A stretch of 64,000 nucleotides of DNA, from assembly GCA_007119615.1 (NCBI GenBank), contig SKPH01000028.1:4134-68133 (forward strand), written 5' to 3'. The stretch is from Syntrophomonadaceae bacterium (lineage in GTDB: Bacteria; Bacillota; Dethiobacteria; DTU022). Within the stretch, counting starts at the first letter, position 1, and each line of letters opens with the position of its first letter. The translations under genes and the position numbers were made by a program. The notes under the pieces are model-generated. The model was given only the letters and a program-made list of their open reading frames with translations. It had not been told where the DNA came from and ran no database searches. This document shows, piece by piece, positions 50,742-61,812 of this stretch.

Positions 50742-52148
50742 TCAATCTTTTTCAAGATGGATCAGCTTATTGCGTAAATATTCTCTATCTTCTTTACCGC
50801 CAGCCGGAGCGAAGTAGCGATCCAGTATAACGCTGACTTTCGGTATGGCAAATATGATCAGGTGATCGCCCGGCATTAATTTTGTATTTCCCCCGGGAAT
50901 GATTACTTCTCCCTGACGGACAATAGAGCCAATGATCATTCCGTGGGGCAGGTTTAATGATGCAATCTTTTTATTGACAACCCTGGCTGTGTCCGGCAGT
51001 ACGATTTCCACAATTTCAGCTTTTTCGTCCTGCAATATTGAGAGCGCCACAACTTCTTCCCGCCGGGTCAGGCGAACAATCTGAGCTGCCGCCAGTAAAC
51101 GCGGATTGATGGTACTGTCAATACCCAGGGCGCTGTATACCGGCACATACTGAGGTTTCATGACTTCACAGATTATTTTTTTCACCCCGAATTGCCTGGC
51201 CAGTAGGGCGGAAACAATATTGGTGCGATCATCCCCGGTAGCGGCAATTACCGCATCGGCACTAGCCGTATCTTCTTCCTGCAACATGGCAATCTCTGTA
51301 GCATCACCCTGCAAGACCAGGGTTTTATCCAATTGGCGGCAAAGTTCGCCACAGCGCTCAACATCCCTTTCGATTAATTTCACATTAAAAGATTGCTTGC
51401 TTTCTTCGAGCAGGCGGGCCACCTGGAGACCGATCTTTCCACCACCAAGGATTGTAACCTGGTTAACCCTTGTCTTTTCATGGTGCAGCAGGGAGCTGAT
51501 ATCCTTCAGGGTCCGGGTCTTGCCCAGAAGATATATTTTATCGCCGGGCCGGATCACGTCATTGCCCCCCGGAACAATAAATTTTCCATCGGGATCGCTT
51601 ATGCCGACAACGATACATTCGGAATTAAGCGGCAATTTATGGAGGGGTACATCTGTTATATCAGCTTCAGCTCCGACGATCACTCCAAGCATCATAACCT
51701 TACCATGATTAAAATATTCTACTTCGCTGGCATCAGGAAAATGAAGCATCTTTGATATTTCCATCGCTGCAACCCGTTCCGGGTTGATAACTATATCGAT
51801 CCCAAGCTGCTTGGGAGTAAGTACAGATGTATCCTCCGCATATCCCGAATTGCGAATCCTGCAGATCGTGATCGGAACATCGTACTGCTTGGCAAGCATG
51901 CAGGCAATAATGTTTACCTCATCAACCTGGGTAACGGCGATCATCATATCGGCCTTTTTAATATTGGCTTTCTCCAAAACGGCAGCATTGGCTCCGTTAT
52001 CTTCAATAACCATTACATCGAGCGATTCGTTAAACCGCCTGGCTTTAAGCTCGTTTTTTTCGATAACGACAACGTCCTGGTTCTTCTCTGACAGGTTGCG
52101 GGCCACTTCATAACCGACCCCGCCGCCTCCGACAATTATAATATGCAT
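50742..52148 (-). CDS. trkA: Trk system potassium uptake protein TrkA (2x NAD-binding + 2x TrkA-C)
   Basis: MHIIIVGGGGVG and a second IGGGKIG Rossmann motif. The start could also be TTG 52157. Confidence 0.85.
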   Translation of the reverse strand: MHIIIVGGGGVGYEVARNLSEKNQDVVVIEKNELKARRFNESLDVMVIEDNGANAAVLEKANIKKADMMIAVTQVDEVNIIACMLAKQYDVPITICRIRNSGYAEDTSVLTPKQLGIDIVINPERVAAMEISKMLHFPDASEVEYFNHGKVMMLGVIVGAEADITDVPLHKLPLNSECIVVGISDPDGKFIVPGGNDVIRPGDKIYLLGKTRTLKDISSLLHHEKTRVNQVTILGGGKIGLQVARLLEESKQSFNVKLIERDVERCGELCRQLDKTLVLQGDATEIAMLQEEDTASADAVIAATGDDRTNIVSALLARQFGVKKIICEVMKPQYVPVYSALGIDSTINPRLLAAAQIVRLTRREEVVALSILQDEKAEIVEIVLPDTARVVNKKIASLNLPHGMIIGSIVRQGEVIIPGGNTKLMPGDHLIIFAIPKVSVILDRYFAPAGGKEDREYLRNKLIHLEKD

Positions 52149-52173
52149 TATCGTCAAAACCTTCCTTTCAGCT

Positions 52174-52202
52174 AAAAAAAGAGACAGCGGCTACGCTGCC
52201 TC
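52174..52202 (-). terminator. possible intrinsic terminator after FAH-family gene
   Basis: Minus strand: GGCAGCGuagcCGCUGUC-UCUUUUUUU. Confidence 0.4.
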
Positions 52203-52401
52203 ATCAGGGAGAAAAAGTTAAATACAAAATTGCTAATGACCGTCAGTCTCAGGATTTTCTTTGTGTTAAAGCTTCCCAAGGTATACAAGCCCGCCTTGAG
52301 CCAGGTTTGCCCTGAACGGTCTGATAGGCTAATCTTATTATATACTATCAATTGCCTGGTGACAACACTATATTTTAATAAATTTATCAAATTGAAAACC
52401 T

Positions 52402-53178
52402 CTATTTCACCTTTATTACTGTGTTATGTAACGATCCGATTCCCTCAATCGATACTTCGAAACTATCACCCGGATTTAACGGGCCAATTCCGGCAGGAGT
52501 TCCGGTCATGATCACGTCGCCCGGCAGTAAGGTCATGCATCCCGCAACAAATTCGATAATTTCGGCCACTGGAAAAAAGTGATCCGAAGTCGGAGCTTCC
52601 TGCACCAGGCTGCCGTTTAGATAACCGCGTACCGTTAACAATTCAGGATTTTCTATACCGGTTTCAATTACAGGACCAAGGGGACAAAAAGTATCAAATC
52701 CCTTGGCATAAGTCCACTGTCCTTCCTTGGGCTGCTTGTCGCGCGCTGTAACATCGTTGGCGCAGGTGTAACCTAGTACATAATCCAGAGCTTCCGCCTT
52801 CCCGACCCGGTAAGTGCGCCGGCCGATTACAACACCAAGCTCGGCCTCATAATCAACCCTGCGGCTTTGAGTTGGATAAATTATTGCTTCACCGGGCCCG
52901 ATAACCGAGGTCGAAGGCTTGAGAAAAATAATCGGTTTTTTGGGCAGTGAATGTTTCATTTCCTCGGCATGTGAACGATAGTTTAAGCCCAGGCAGATAA
53001 CTTTTGAAGGCAGGCAGGGAGACATCAGCCTGACATCGTCGGCCTCAAACTGCCGACCGGTTTCTACGAACCGATCGCTGCACCAATCCGGGCCGGGATC
53101 CTTAACTTCAACAATGATTTCTTCTACAAGCTTTCCGTAACATATGGTATGCTGATCTAAAAAACGAACCAGTTTCAA
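52402..53178 (-). CDS. fumarylacetoacetate hydrolase (FAH) family protein
   Basis: FAH fold motifs (VDYEAELGVVIG). TTG start with GGGGGAGGGT RBS. Confidence 0.8.
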   Translation of the reverse strand: MKLVRFLDQHTICYGKLVEEIIVEVKDPGPDWCSDRFVETGRQFEADDVRLMSPCLPSKVICLGLNYRSHAEEMKHSLPKKPIIFLKPSTSVIGPGEAIIYPTQSRRVDYEAELGVVIGRRTYRVGKAEALDYVLGYTCANDVTARDKQPKEGQWTYAKGFDTFCPLGPVIETGIENPELLTVRGYLNGSLVQEAPTSDHFFPVAEIIEFVAGCMTLLPGDVIMTGTPAGIGPLNPGDSFEVSIEGIGSLHNTVIKVK

Positions 53179-53253
53179 AGGAGACCCTCCCCCGGTATTT
53201 ATAGCAAAAAAGATAAAGAAACCCGGGTAATATCCCGGGCTTCCGTTGATAAC

Positions 53254-53826
53254 CTACCAGTTCTCGCAGATTGTTTCGAAATGATCACGCTTGTGATAGC
53301 AGGAGGGGCAGACTTCTGGAGCTTCCAAACCTTCTTCGACATAGCCACAGTTACGGCAGTACCATTTTACCGGCTCATCTTTTCTGAATACTGACCCGTT
53401 TTTTATGTTGGTCAACAGGGCCAGGTAGCGCCTCTCATGCTGTTTCTCGGCCATGGCAATTGAATCAAAGATATCGGCTATTTCATTAAAACCTTCATCC
53501 CGAGCTGCCCTGGCAAAACCGGGATACATGTCGGACCATTCATATTTCTCGCCATCGGCGGCTTCTTTCAGATTATCTACAGTGCCGCCGATCACACCGG
53601 CCGGGAAGGAAGCCTGGATTTCAACTTCACCGCCTTCGAGAAGCTTAAAAAGCCTCTTGGCGTGCTCTTTCTCCTGGTTTGCAGTCTCTTCAAAAATTGC
53701 CGAAATCTGCACATACCCATCTTTCTTGGCCTGACTGGCAAAATAAGTGTAGCGATTCCGGGCCTGTGATTCCCCGGCAAACGCGGTTAAAATGTTTTTT
53801 TCGGTTTTAGTGCCCTTTAAGCTCAA
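53254..53826 (-). CDS. rbr: rubrerythrin
   Basis: Di-iron ferritin-like domain plus C-terminal rubredoxin CxxC...CxxC. TTG start ([13 protein letters not shown]) with AAGGAGAG RBS; the ORF track start is over-extended. Confidence 0.85.
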   Translation of the reverse strand: MSLKGTKTEKNILTAFAGESQARNRYTYFASQAKKDGYVQISAIFEETANQEKEHAKRLFKLLEGGEVEIQASFPAGVIGGTVDNLKEAADGEKYEWSDMYPGFARAARDEGFNEIADIFDSIAMAEKQHERRYLALLTNIKNGSVFRKDEPVKWYCRNCGYVEEGLEAPEVCPSCYHKRDHFETICENW

Positions 53827-54137
53827 GATCAACACTCTCCTTCTGTAATTCAGACTGTTGTTAATATTTGACCCGGGGGGGTTAATAACCTGCATATCAA
53901 TATAATTTTTTGCTTTAAACTAACTTCCCCCTGGATTGAGCCAACCCGATCCGTACAAACAGCAGTAGGCGCAGGTAAGTGGCCAGGGTATACCGGGCAA
54001 AAATCAGCAACCATATGAACGATATCAGGACCGGCTTTTATTGATTCTATTTTCACGATTACTTTTCCTCCAGGCAGGAGTTTTGCCGGCAATAGCCAAT
54101 TAGTTAAGTTATCATATTTGCAGGGAGGAATTTTTTT

Positions 54138-55130
54138 ATGGCAGTTATGTACTATGACCAGGATGCAGATTTAAATATCCTGAAGAACAAAAAAATCGCT
54201 GTGCTGGGTTACGGCAGCCAGGGCCACTCACAGGCCCAGAATCTGAAGGATAGCGGGCTAGATGTTATAGTTGGCCTGCATAAAGAAAGTAAAAGCTGGG
54301 ACCAGGTCAAAAAAGACGGCCTGGAGGTAGCAACTGTAAGCGAAGCATCTGAAGCGGCAGAGATAATTCAGATTCTAATCGGAGACAATGTTCAACCGGC
54401 AGTGTATAAAGAATCGGTCCTGCCGTACCTTACTGAAGGTAAGGCGCTGGTTGTATCTCACGGTTTCAACATTATTTACAACCAGGTTGTTCCCCCCGAG
54501 AATATCGACGTTTTTATGATCGCTCCGAAAAGCCCCGGGCATCTCCTGCGGAGGCTCTACCTGGAGGATGCGGGCGTTCCGGCCCTGATGGCTATTCACC
54601 AGGACTTTACCGGCAAAGCAAAAGAACTGGCCCTGGCCTATGCCAGGGGTATCGGCTCTACCCGGGCTGGAGTAATCGAGACTACACTCCAGGAAGAAAC
54701 GGAAACAGATCTCTTTGGAGAGCAGGTCATCCTTTGCGGTGGAGTATCATCACTGATCAAAGCCAGCTTCGATACCCTGGTGGAAGCAGGATATCAGCCG
54801 GAAGTAGCGTACTTTGAGTGCCTGCATGAACTTAAACTAATTGTTGATCTGATTTATGAGGGTGGATTGGAAAGAATGCGCTACTCGGTCAGCGATACAG
54901 CTGAATACGGAGATCTGACCCGGGGTCCGAGGATTATCAATGCTCAGGTCCGTGAAGAAATGAAAAAGATCCTTGATGAAATCCAAACCGGCCGGTTCGC
55001 CCTTGAGTGGGTAACAGAAAACCAGGCCAATCAGCCTCAATTCAAGGCTCTCAGAAAAATTGAAGAAAATCATCTGATTGTTAAAGTCGGTAAACAGCTG
55101 CGTAAAATGATGAAGTATATTAAACCTTAA
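54138..55130 (+). CDS. ilvC: ketol-acid reductoisomerase
   Basis: [21 protein letters not shown] plus full-length class I KARI. GGAGGAA RBS. Confidence 0.9.
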   Translation: MAVMYYDQDADLNILKNKKIAVLGYGSQGHSQAQNLKDSGLDVIVGLHKESKSWDQVKKDGLEVATVSEASEAAEIIQILIGDNVQPAVYKESVLPYLTEGKALVVSHGFNIIYNQVVPPENIDVFMIAPKSPGHLLRRLYLEDAGVPALMAIHQDFTGKAKELALAYARGIGSTRAGVIETTLQEETETDLFGEQVILCGGVSSLIKASFDTLVEAGYQPEVAYFECLHELKLIVDLIYEGGLERMRYSVSDTAEYGDLTRGPRIINAQVREEMKKILDEIQTGRFALEWVTENQANQPQFKALRKIEENHLIVKVGKQLRKMMKYIKP

Positions 55131-55142
55131 TCTCGATCAGGT

Positions 55143-55901
55143 TTAATCGAGAGAAGCTGCTATTTCTTCCAAATCTTCTTCCGGTATGAAACCAAATAGA
55201 ACCAGAAGGGCCTGGTTGACGCCGTTATCCTGCCACGCCAGGCCCGGACGGTCTTCCACCTTCAGGCGTATAAACCCATTTGTTCTTTCCAGATCGTGCA
55301 GTTTAAGCAGCAGATGATCGTCCAGATGGTTCAAAAATGTATGTATGTCTTCACCTGGATCTTCTGATTTAACCAGCAACAAGGTCATCCCGTCGTTGTG
55401 ATAGATAGCCCCGCTGTACTCGGGCGCTCCCGCATCAACTAACAGCAGCTCCTCGCTTAATCTGAAATCTCCGGGTAATACAACGGGCCAGTCCGGAGGA
55501 AGGGGATCGGCTTCGGCGAGTGTAACCTGCCGGTCAGAATCTGCAACCGTTTCCTCCGGTTCATCAGCTTCAAAGCTATCATTATCAGTCCGGAGGGCGC
55601 CTACCTCATCAGCCGATTCCGGGGCCATTCCGAGATCAGCCAGGGGAGCAGAGAAATCAACTGTCCGGTAAATACCAATTCCCCCCAGGGTAAGGATCAG
55701 GCAGGCGGCGGCAACTGCTGCCGCACGGCTCCAGGTTAAACTAAATCTCCGTTTTTTTATTGATGACCGGGGTTGTTCAAGCCTGGATTCAATACGGGCC
55801 CAGGCCGGTCCGGCCGGCGGCGCTTCAATGTATTCTATTTCCTGTTTTACGGCTTCCCTGATCAGATCATCGTTCAGGTTTGGGCTTGATTTATCAGGCA
55901 T
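55143..55901 (-). CDS. anti-sigma factor (single TM)
   Basis: AGGAGGTGA RBS before the internal ATG. Start overlaps the sigma-factor stop (ATGccTGA). TM helix AAVAAACLILTLGGIGIY. Confidence 0.65.
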   Translation of the reverse strand: MPDKSSPNLNDDLIREAVKQEIEYIEAPPAGPAWARIESRLEQPRSSIKKRRFSLTWSRAAAVAAACLILTLGGIGIYRTVDFSAPLADLGMAPESADEVGALRTDNDSFEADEPEETVADSDRQVTLAEADPLPPDWPVVLPGDFRLSEELLLVDAGAPEYSGAIYHNDGMTLLLVKSEDPGEDIHTFLNHLDDHLLLKLHDLERTNGFIRLKVEDRPGLAWQDNGVNQALLVLFGFIPEEDLEEIAASLD

Positions 55902-56475
55902 TTTCCCGGTCACCTCCTTCATAGTTTAGACAAGCTGAATCCCGATCAGGTTCCAGGGATTCGGCCAATTTCTGCCTGGCACGAAAAAGGCGAGATTTAA
56001 CCGTTCCGGATCGGATCTTAAGTAGATCAGCAATTTCATCTACTTTTAAGTCGTGGTAAAACTGGAGGACAATAACCTGGTACTGCTCGGGGGGAAGTGT
56101 TCTTACAGCATTTCTGATTCGATCCACTTCCAGGCTGCGTATAGCCGCTTCTTCTGTGTCATTCGATTCTGAACCTGACCGAGCCTCCGGCAACTCATCA
56201 ACCAGGACAATCCTTTTCTCACGTTTCAAAAAATTACGGGCCAGATTGGATGCAATGACAGCCAGCCAGGCTCCGAATTTCTCTTTATCCTGGAGTTGAT
56301 GGAGATTTTGAAACGCCTTGATAAAAGCCTCCTGGGTAATATCTTCAGCATTCTCACGGCGGCGGAGGATATTGTAAGCCACGGCATAAGTACGCTTATA
56401 ATATGCTTCGAAAAGCGCACGGCGGGATTCCACGTCATTTTGCCTGATCAGTCTTGCTATTTTCTCCGGTTCCAA
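55894..56475 (-). CDS. ECF-type RNA polymerase sigma-70 family factor
   Basis: Region 2 and region 4 motifs (DITQEAFIKAF, DLKVDEIADLLKIRSGTVKSRL). Confidence 0.8.
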   Translation of the reverse strand: MEPEKIARLIRQNDVESRRALFEAYYKRTYAVAYNILRRRENAEDITQEAFIKAFQNLHQLQDKEKFGAWLAVIASNLARNFLKREKRIVLVDELPEARSGSESNDTEEAAIRSLEVDRIRNAVRTLPPEQYQVIVLQFYHDLKVDEIADLLKIRSGTVKSRLFRARQKLAESLEPDRDSACLNYEGGDRENA

Positions 56476-56594
56476 AATATGGTATGTCCGCCTTTCTCTC
56501 CATTGGTTTATGCCGGTTCAATATATTATAGCACCAATCCTACCATAATTTGTTACGTTAAAATGATTTTTCCCCTGTAATGGACAAAAATCAA

Positions 56595-59102
56595 TTATGG
56601 TACAGGAACCATTCGTTCCATAATCGTAATTTCCATCCAGCTGCCATCGGTACTGACGATAATAGCGCCGTGCAAATCATTGCGGTAAGTTAAAACTTCC
56701 TTTTCTTCCAGAGCGCTGATGATGTAAGGGTGAGGATGGCCAAAGGGATTTATACCAACCTGGATTACAGCAATTTCAGGCCCGACCGCTTCCAGGAATT
56801 CTGGCATGCCCTCCAGGTAGCCTCCGTGGTGAGGAACTAGCAGTACATCGGCACTGAGATCAGCCTGACGCCTGAGAAGTTCGGTAACAGCCTCAACTTC
56901 GATATCCCCGGTAAAAAGCATCCGGATTTCTCCGTAATGGAGCAGAAAAACGATCGAGTTATTGTTGAGATCACTGTTTGTCCCCCGATGCAGGGTGCCC
57001 GGAGGCCCAATTACTTCCAGCATTAAAACTTCTCCGCAATACCAACCTTGACCTTCGCCTGCTTCGCTAATAACCGCTCCGGCCAGTTCTAACCGGCTGA
57101 GAAGGTTGTGATAATCAGCAGTTTCACCCGCGACCGGTGAAATCAGGACCCTTTCAATAACCATCTGCTCTGCCAGGGGGATAAATCCACCAAAGTGATC
57201 TTCGTGAGGGTGAGTAATCACAGCCAGATCAATCCTGCTAATTCCCTTCCGTCTTAAGAAAGGCAGCAGTACCCTATCCCCTATTTCCCCGGGATTACCC
57301 CGCCAGGCGGGCTCACCGCCGGCATCGACCATGATCACTGCTCCACAGGGAGTTTCAATCAATGCCGAGGCTCCCTGTCCAACGTCAATGAAAGTCACTG
57401 TCAACAAATCCTGTGATGGAAACAGTATCCCCGACCAGATCATTAATACTGCAAAAATTAACACTGCCCCGACAGCGATCCGGAACCGGATCCGCTTATC
57501 GGAAAGCAATCCGGGCAGGATCTCTTTAGCAAAACCAACAGGTGAAGTTTTTTCTAAATTGATGTTCCAACTATCCCGGCGGTAATAACCAAGTAAGGTG
57601 GCGGCAAGCAGGCCGTAGAAGATCAATAAAAATGTGATATCCGGAGGATTAATAGAGATATAAAACCCGGGCAGGCGGCTAAATTCGGTTATGATCAACA
57701 TTAGCTCCAGCAGGGGACGGGAAGCCCAGAGCATGATTGACCCTATCATGGGAGCGAACAGGCTGAATACCACCCCGGTTAGACCCAGCCCGACAGTAAA
57801 AGCAACCAGAGGTAGCAGCGCCAGATTAAAGATAAGCGCTCCTGCAGGCAGATGATGAAAATAATATACGGAAAGGGGCAAAACTCCAATCTGTGCCCCC
57901 ATGGTTACAGCAAGAGGTGATATTAAAATACGGGGGCAACCAATACAGCTTAATAATCTTTCCAGGGGGCGGTAACCGTAAACCAGGGCCAGGGTGGCCA
58001 CATAAGAAAACTGAAAACCGATTGTAAACAGCAGCAGCGGATTAATGAATAGCGTAATCAGTGCGGCGAAAGCAATCGCCGTCGGCAGGTCATGCTCCCG
58101 ATCCAGCAGCAGAGCGCCGAGGGCGGTAGCAACCATAAGCGCAGCCCTGAGCGCCGAAGGCCGCATTCCGGTAAGGTAAGCGTACGCGATAACCAGGATT
58201 ATAGCCAGGACCAGGGGCAGATGACCCCGAAAATTAAGTCGATGCCAGAGCCCGAGAATCATTGCGGCAACCAGCCCGACATGTAAACCGGATACAGCCA
58301 TCAGGTGGCCTGCGCCGGCTCTCCGAAAATTATCTTCCACCTCCTCCGACAAACGATGCCTCTGACCGAAAAGTATTGCTGTCAGCAATTCGGCGGATGG
58401 CGAAGGCAGGGTCCTGTTGATGATATCAACCATCTTTCCGCGCAGTTCGACAGCCGAACCGGCTAAAATGCCAATATCAGCCGGGCCCAATGATTGCACT
58501 CCGGCCGGGTTGGGATAGATCAGGGCATCGATCCCCCGGCTGCGCAGGTAATAACGGTAATCGAAACCTCCCGGATTACGCTGGCCGCGTGGTTGTACTA
58601 TCGTTCCACGCAGACGCAGGCGTTCACCGAACCAGTAGCTGTCCTCTTTATCACTATATATTTTTACCAGCAGAGTTCCTGACACCCGATATCGGCCTTC
58701 TCCGGTCTCTACCACTTCCACCCGCAGGCAATACTCGGTATGATCAGCATAGAATAGAGGCTCATCAATCACTGTCCCCTCTAAGGTTACAGGAAAACCG
58801 CTGTAGTTAACCAAACCTCCGGCGGGATACTGCACCGCATAGAAAAAGGCAACCCCCCCGGCGATTGCGACCACCAGGAACAGGATTACCCTGTAAATAT
58901 TAAGCAGTTTTGAATAAATAACAGCTACAACTAAAACCAAAATAACCCCGGCGGGCCAATGGGAACCTGACAATTGCACCATCCAGAAACGGCCAATAAT
59001 CATGCCAGTGATATAGGATACGGTTGCGGCCACAAGCAACCGATCAGAGAATTCACGGCTGATATTGCTATTTCGAGTAGTTAGTGTAGTTTTAGTTATC
59101 AT
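56595..59102 (-). CDS. comEC: DNA internalization-related competence protein ComEC/Rec2 (with C-terminal MBL domain)
   Basis: Multi-TM competence domain plus C-terminal ITHPHEDHFGG. Confidence 0.85.
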   Translation of the reverse strand: MITKTTLTTRNSNISREFSDRLLVAATVSYITGMIIGRFWMVQLSGSHWPAGVILVLVVAVIYSKLLNIYRVILFLVVAIAGGVAFFYAVQYPAGGLVNYSGFPVTLEGTVIDEPLFYADHTEYCLRVEVVETGEGRYRVSGTLLVKIYSDKEDSYWFGERLRLRGTIVQPRGQRNPGGFDYRYYLRSRGIDALIYPNPAGVQSLGPADIGILAGSAVELRGKMVDIINRTLPSPSAELLTAILFGQRHRLSEEVEDNFRRAGAGHLMAVSGLHVGLVAAMILGLWHRLNFRGHLPLVLAIILVIAYAYLTGMRPSALRAALMVATALGALLLDREHDLPTAIAFAALITLFINPLLLFTIGFQFSYVATLALVYGYRPLERLLSCIGCPRILISPLAVTMGAQIGVLPLSVYYFHHLPAGALIFNLALLPLVAFTVGLGLTGVVFSLFAPMIGSIMLWASRPLLELMLIITEFSRLPGFYISINPPDITFLLIFYGLLAATLLGYYRRDSWNINLEKTSPVGFAKEILPGLLSDKRIRFRIAVGAVLIFAVLMIWSGILFPSQDLLTVTFIDVGQGASALIETPCGAVIMVDAGGEPAWRGNPGEIGDRVLLPFLRRKGISRIDLAVITHPHEDHFGGFIPLAEQMVIERVLISPVAGETADYHNLLSRLELAGAVISEAGEGQGWYCGEVLMLEVIGPPGTLHRGTNSDLNNNSIVFLLHYGEIRMLFTGDIEVEAVTELLRRQADLSADVLLVPHHGGYLEGMPEFLEAVGPEIAVIQVGINPFGHPHPYIISALEEKEVLTYRNDLHGAIIVSTDGSWMEITIMERMVPVP

Positions 59103-59123
59103 GGTGCGAAGTTATGAATTTCT

Positions 59124-60647
59124 TTAACTGATTTTATGCTGACCCCCGCTGCCCGGTTCATTAACCGGGCCGGTAAAAACTTTATCAAAGATACCGAAGG
59201 TTTTTTCCCGTTGTTCCGGCGGTGGAGCAGGTGTCAGGTACGAAACGGCAACCAGGGTCAGGATGGCCAGGATGAAAGCCGGAAAGACCGGCATAAAGCC
59301 AAAGGTCGTCCAGCGCGGCAGGATCCCGAGGTACCAGAGGTGAAGCATAACTGCCGGCAGGACCAGGGCTGCACAGGCGCCATACTTATTTGCGCGCGGC
59401 CAGTACAGGGCTCCGATCATCACCGGTAATATCACGGAAAAACCGGAAAAAGCAAAAGCAGCAATGCTTAAAATCGCTGCCGGGCGAGCCAGTGCAATAT
59501 AATACGCTGCTGCGGCAAAGATAACCAGCAGAAGACGGCCCCATAGGACTAATTGCCGGGGGTTAATGCGTCTGAGACGGGGCAACAGATCTACTGTAAC
59601 CAGATGGGTAACAGAGAGAAGCTGGGAATCGATCGAAGATTTGACTACAGCCAGGATGACAACCAGCCCGAGGATCATCCAGGCCGGCGAAAGGAACCGG
59701 TGGATTAAGAGCGGCACAATATTATCTGTATCTACGCCCGCTAACCCCGGGACAGCGACCGAACCCCAAACCCCCAGCAGGGTAGAAACCCCGAATATTG
59801 CCGCCAGCGCCAGCGGATAATATATACTGACCTGCTTTAAATTTCTACTGCTGCGGGTGGCAAGAATTCGTGTATACATCTGGGGGAAAACGATCACGGC
59901 AATGGAATTTATAAATGAAAAGCTAAACCAGTTTATCGGTTCAAGCTGTGGTGAAAGGGCTCTTTGCAACATTTCCGGTCTATCCTGCAAAATCCGTTCC
60001 GTAATAGCGGAAAAACCTCCGAGCGCCTGGGCTACGGCAAATAACAGCATTACTGCAACCACGAGAAAAATTGTTCCCTGAAATATATCGGTCCAGACAG
60101 TGCCTCTCATACCGGCAGGAATAGTATAAATCAAAGAAATAACAATAATAATTACCGCTGACAGCCAGTAGGGAACAGCACCGTCAGATATAGTGGTAAA
60201 GGCCAGGCTGCCGCCGATTATACTGACTACCAGGTAAGGCAGCGTGTAGTAAAGAAGTAAAATTAAAAATAACATCGCAACCAGTTTGCTATTAAAGATG
60301 CCTCCGAAGACCTGGGGCTGGGTGGCGTAACCGTAACGTTTGCCAAGTAACCATGAACGGTAGCCTACCAGGTAATATGTGAACGGGGTAATAAAGATAC
60401 TCCAGCCGATCACATAACCGTAAGCACCATACCCTGCCTGATAAGCAAACCCGGCATGGCCGATGATAGTAAAAGCAGTTATATTGCTGGCGAAAAGGGC
60501 CATAAAAATAGCAATACTGCCAAGGCCGCGTCCGGCCAGAAAATAATCTTCGCTCGTTTTCAGGTTTAGTTTTGCACCGTAGATGCCAAACCCGATTAAA
60601 ACAGAGACATACAGGAGCAGAATACCGATTCCCAGCGTGTTGATCAT
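59124..60647 (-). CDS. sodium:solute symporter (SSS) family transporter
   Basis: 13-TM SSS architecture. Start ATG overlaps the upstream small-subunit stop (ATGA). Confidence 0.8.
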   Translation of the reverse strand: MINTLGIGILLLYVSVLIGFGIYGAKLNLKTSEDYFLAGRGLGSIAIFMALFASNITAFTIIGHAGFAYQAGYGAYGYVIGWSIFITPFTYYLVGYRSWLLGKRYGYATQPQVFGGIFNSKLVAMLFLILLLYYTLPYLVVSIIGGSLAFTTISDGAVPYWLSAVIIIVISLIYTIPAGMRGTVWTDIFQGTIFLVVAVMLLFAVAQALGGFSAITERILQDRPEMLQRALSPQLEPINWFSFSFINSIAVIVFPQMYTRILATRSSRNLKQVSIYYPLALAAIFGVSTLLGVWGSVAVPGLAGVDTDNIVPLLIHRFLSPAWMILGLVVILAVVKSSIDSQLLSVTHLVTVDLLPRLRRINPRQLVLWGRLLLVIFAAAAYYIALARPAAILSIAAFAFSGFSVILPVMIGALYWPRANKYGACAALVLPAVMLHLWYLGILPRWTTFGFMPVFPAFILAILTLVAVSYLTPAPPPEQREKTFGIFDKVFTGPVNEPGSGGQHKIS

Positions 60648-60901
60648 AACTCAGACGGCTCCTTATCGCTAATAAGCTTAATCACATCTGCAGGAGGATC
60701 AGGCCAGGCCAGGTTAACAATTAACCTCATCGCTAACACCGCCAGGACCGTGTAACCAACATAAAATGAAAAAGCGAAAGGCATAAACCCAAAAAGCAAA
60801 GGAATCCGGGCATCAAATTCCCAGAGCCAAAAACTGTTATGCAGAATAAACATAACCATTACGATCAACCCCACCAGGGCCAGGCGAATCCTGAATGACA
60901 T
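60644..60901 (-). CDS. DUF3311-like small membrane subunit associated with SSS transporter
   Basis: 2 TM helices. GGAGGGAT RBS before MSFRIR. Translationally coupled to the symporter. Confidence 0.6.
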   Translation of the reverse strand: MSFRIRLALVGLIVMVMFILHNSFWLWEFDARIPLLFGFMPFAFSFYVGYTVLAVLAMRLIVNLAWPDPPADVIKLISDKEPSEL

Positions 60902-60995
60902 TTTATGAATCCCTCCACAGAAGTTTGCCGTTAACAACCGGCCGGACATCTCTCTGCTTATTCGACGGCCTGATTATTATTCCTGCCTGCCTACA

Positions 60996-61026
60996 AGAAT
61001 AAATAAGCCGGAGCTCTGCTCCGGCA
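60996..61026 (-). terminator. intrinsic terminator downstream of lipoprotein gene
   Basis: Minus strand: GCCGGAGCagaGCUCCGGC-UUAUUUAUUCUU. Confidence 0.6.
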
Positions 61027-61180
61027 GTATTTCAGCGCAACCAACTTAATCATGATCAGCCTTTCTACTGTTTCGGATGATCCCGTAACCGAGAAACTAA
61101 TGTTCCGGCAATGAAGCCCTGCTTAATATCCATTAGCCGAATAAACTATCGCTTTAAGATTGCTCCACGCTGTATTGCTG

Positions 61181-61612
61181 TTACTCAATAATTACTTCCC
61201 GGGTTGCCCTAACTACTCCCCGGACCTCTGCTGCTATGGTATACCTGCCGGGGCTCCCAAACCAGATTATATCGGTGATAGAATTGTGGTCAGGGTTAAC
61301 TTCATAATCACTTTCGGCCAAAACTTTTTCGCTGCTGTTATCAATAAGCTGAATAGTTACCTGCTCAGAATCGAAGGGCATATTATTGTTAAAAGAAAAA
61401 TAGAATTCCTCCCCGGCTTGAAATCTATCCTGGACAGAGACAAGCTCCCAGTCATCGTCAATTTCAGGTCCGGTTTCCATCAGGGCCCCTCCCACTGATG
61501 TGCCGGTCGGCGGAAGCTCCTGAGTATTAACATCATTTCCCTCATTACCGCAGGCGGCCCCAATGAAGATGATGGTGATTATGACGGCAACAAATAAAAA
61601 ATGCTTGATCAT
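61181..61612 (-). CDS. hypothetical lipoprotein
   Basis: Signal peptide MIKHFLFVAVIITIIFIGAACG with lipobox Cys. No family. Confidence 0.55.
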   Translation of the reverse strand: MIKHFLFVAVIITIIFIGAACGNEGNDVNTQELPPTGTSVGGALMETGPEIDDDWELVSVQDRFQAGEEFYFSFNNNMPFDSEQVTIQLIDNSSEKVLAESDYEVNPDHNSITDIIWFGSPGRYTIAAEVRGVVRATREVIIE

Positions 61613-61812
61613 CTGATTTGTCTCCTTTCCCACTAAGCAACCAGTTACGGGCTAGTTCTTCACAGGGGTATATTATTCCTTCTGCAGGTATTATAATATA
61701 AAAGTCGGCGGATAGGTCGATTCGCCCGGGGATGGAAGGATTCATCTGTACAGATGTAGAACTGTAGAACTTGATTTTAATTAACATTACAGCCATAGGG
61801 GGAACCAGCATA

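Noticed and set aside
53896-54137. Possible T-box leader upstream of ilvC (AGGGTATACCGGGC partially resembles the T-box AGGGTGGNACCGCG).
   Set aside because: Only about 9 of 13 positions match. No specifier-loop stem or convincing terminator/antiterminator pair could be identified by eye. It would need a covariance-model scan to call.
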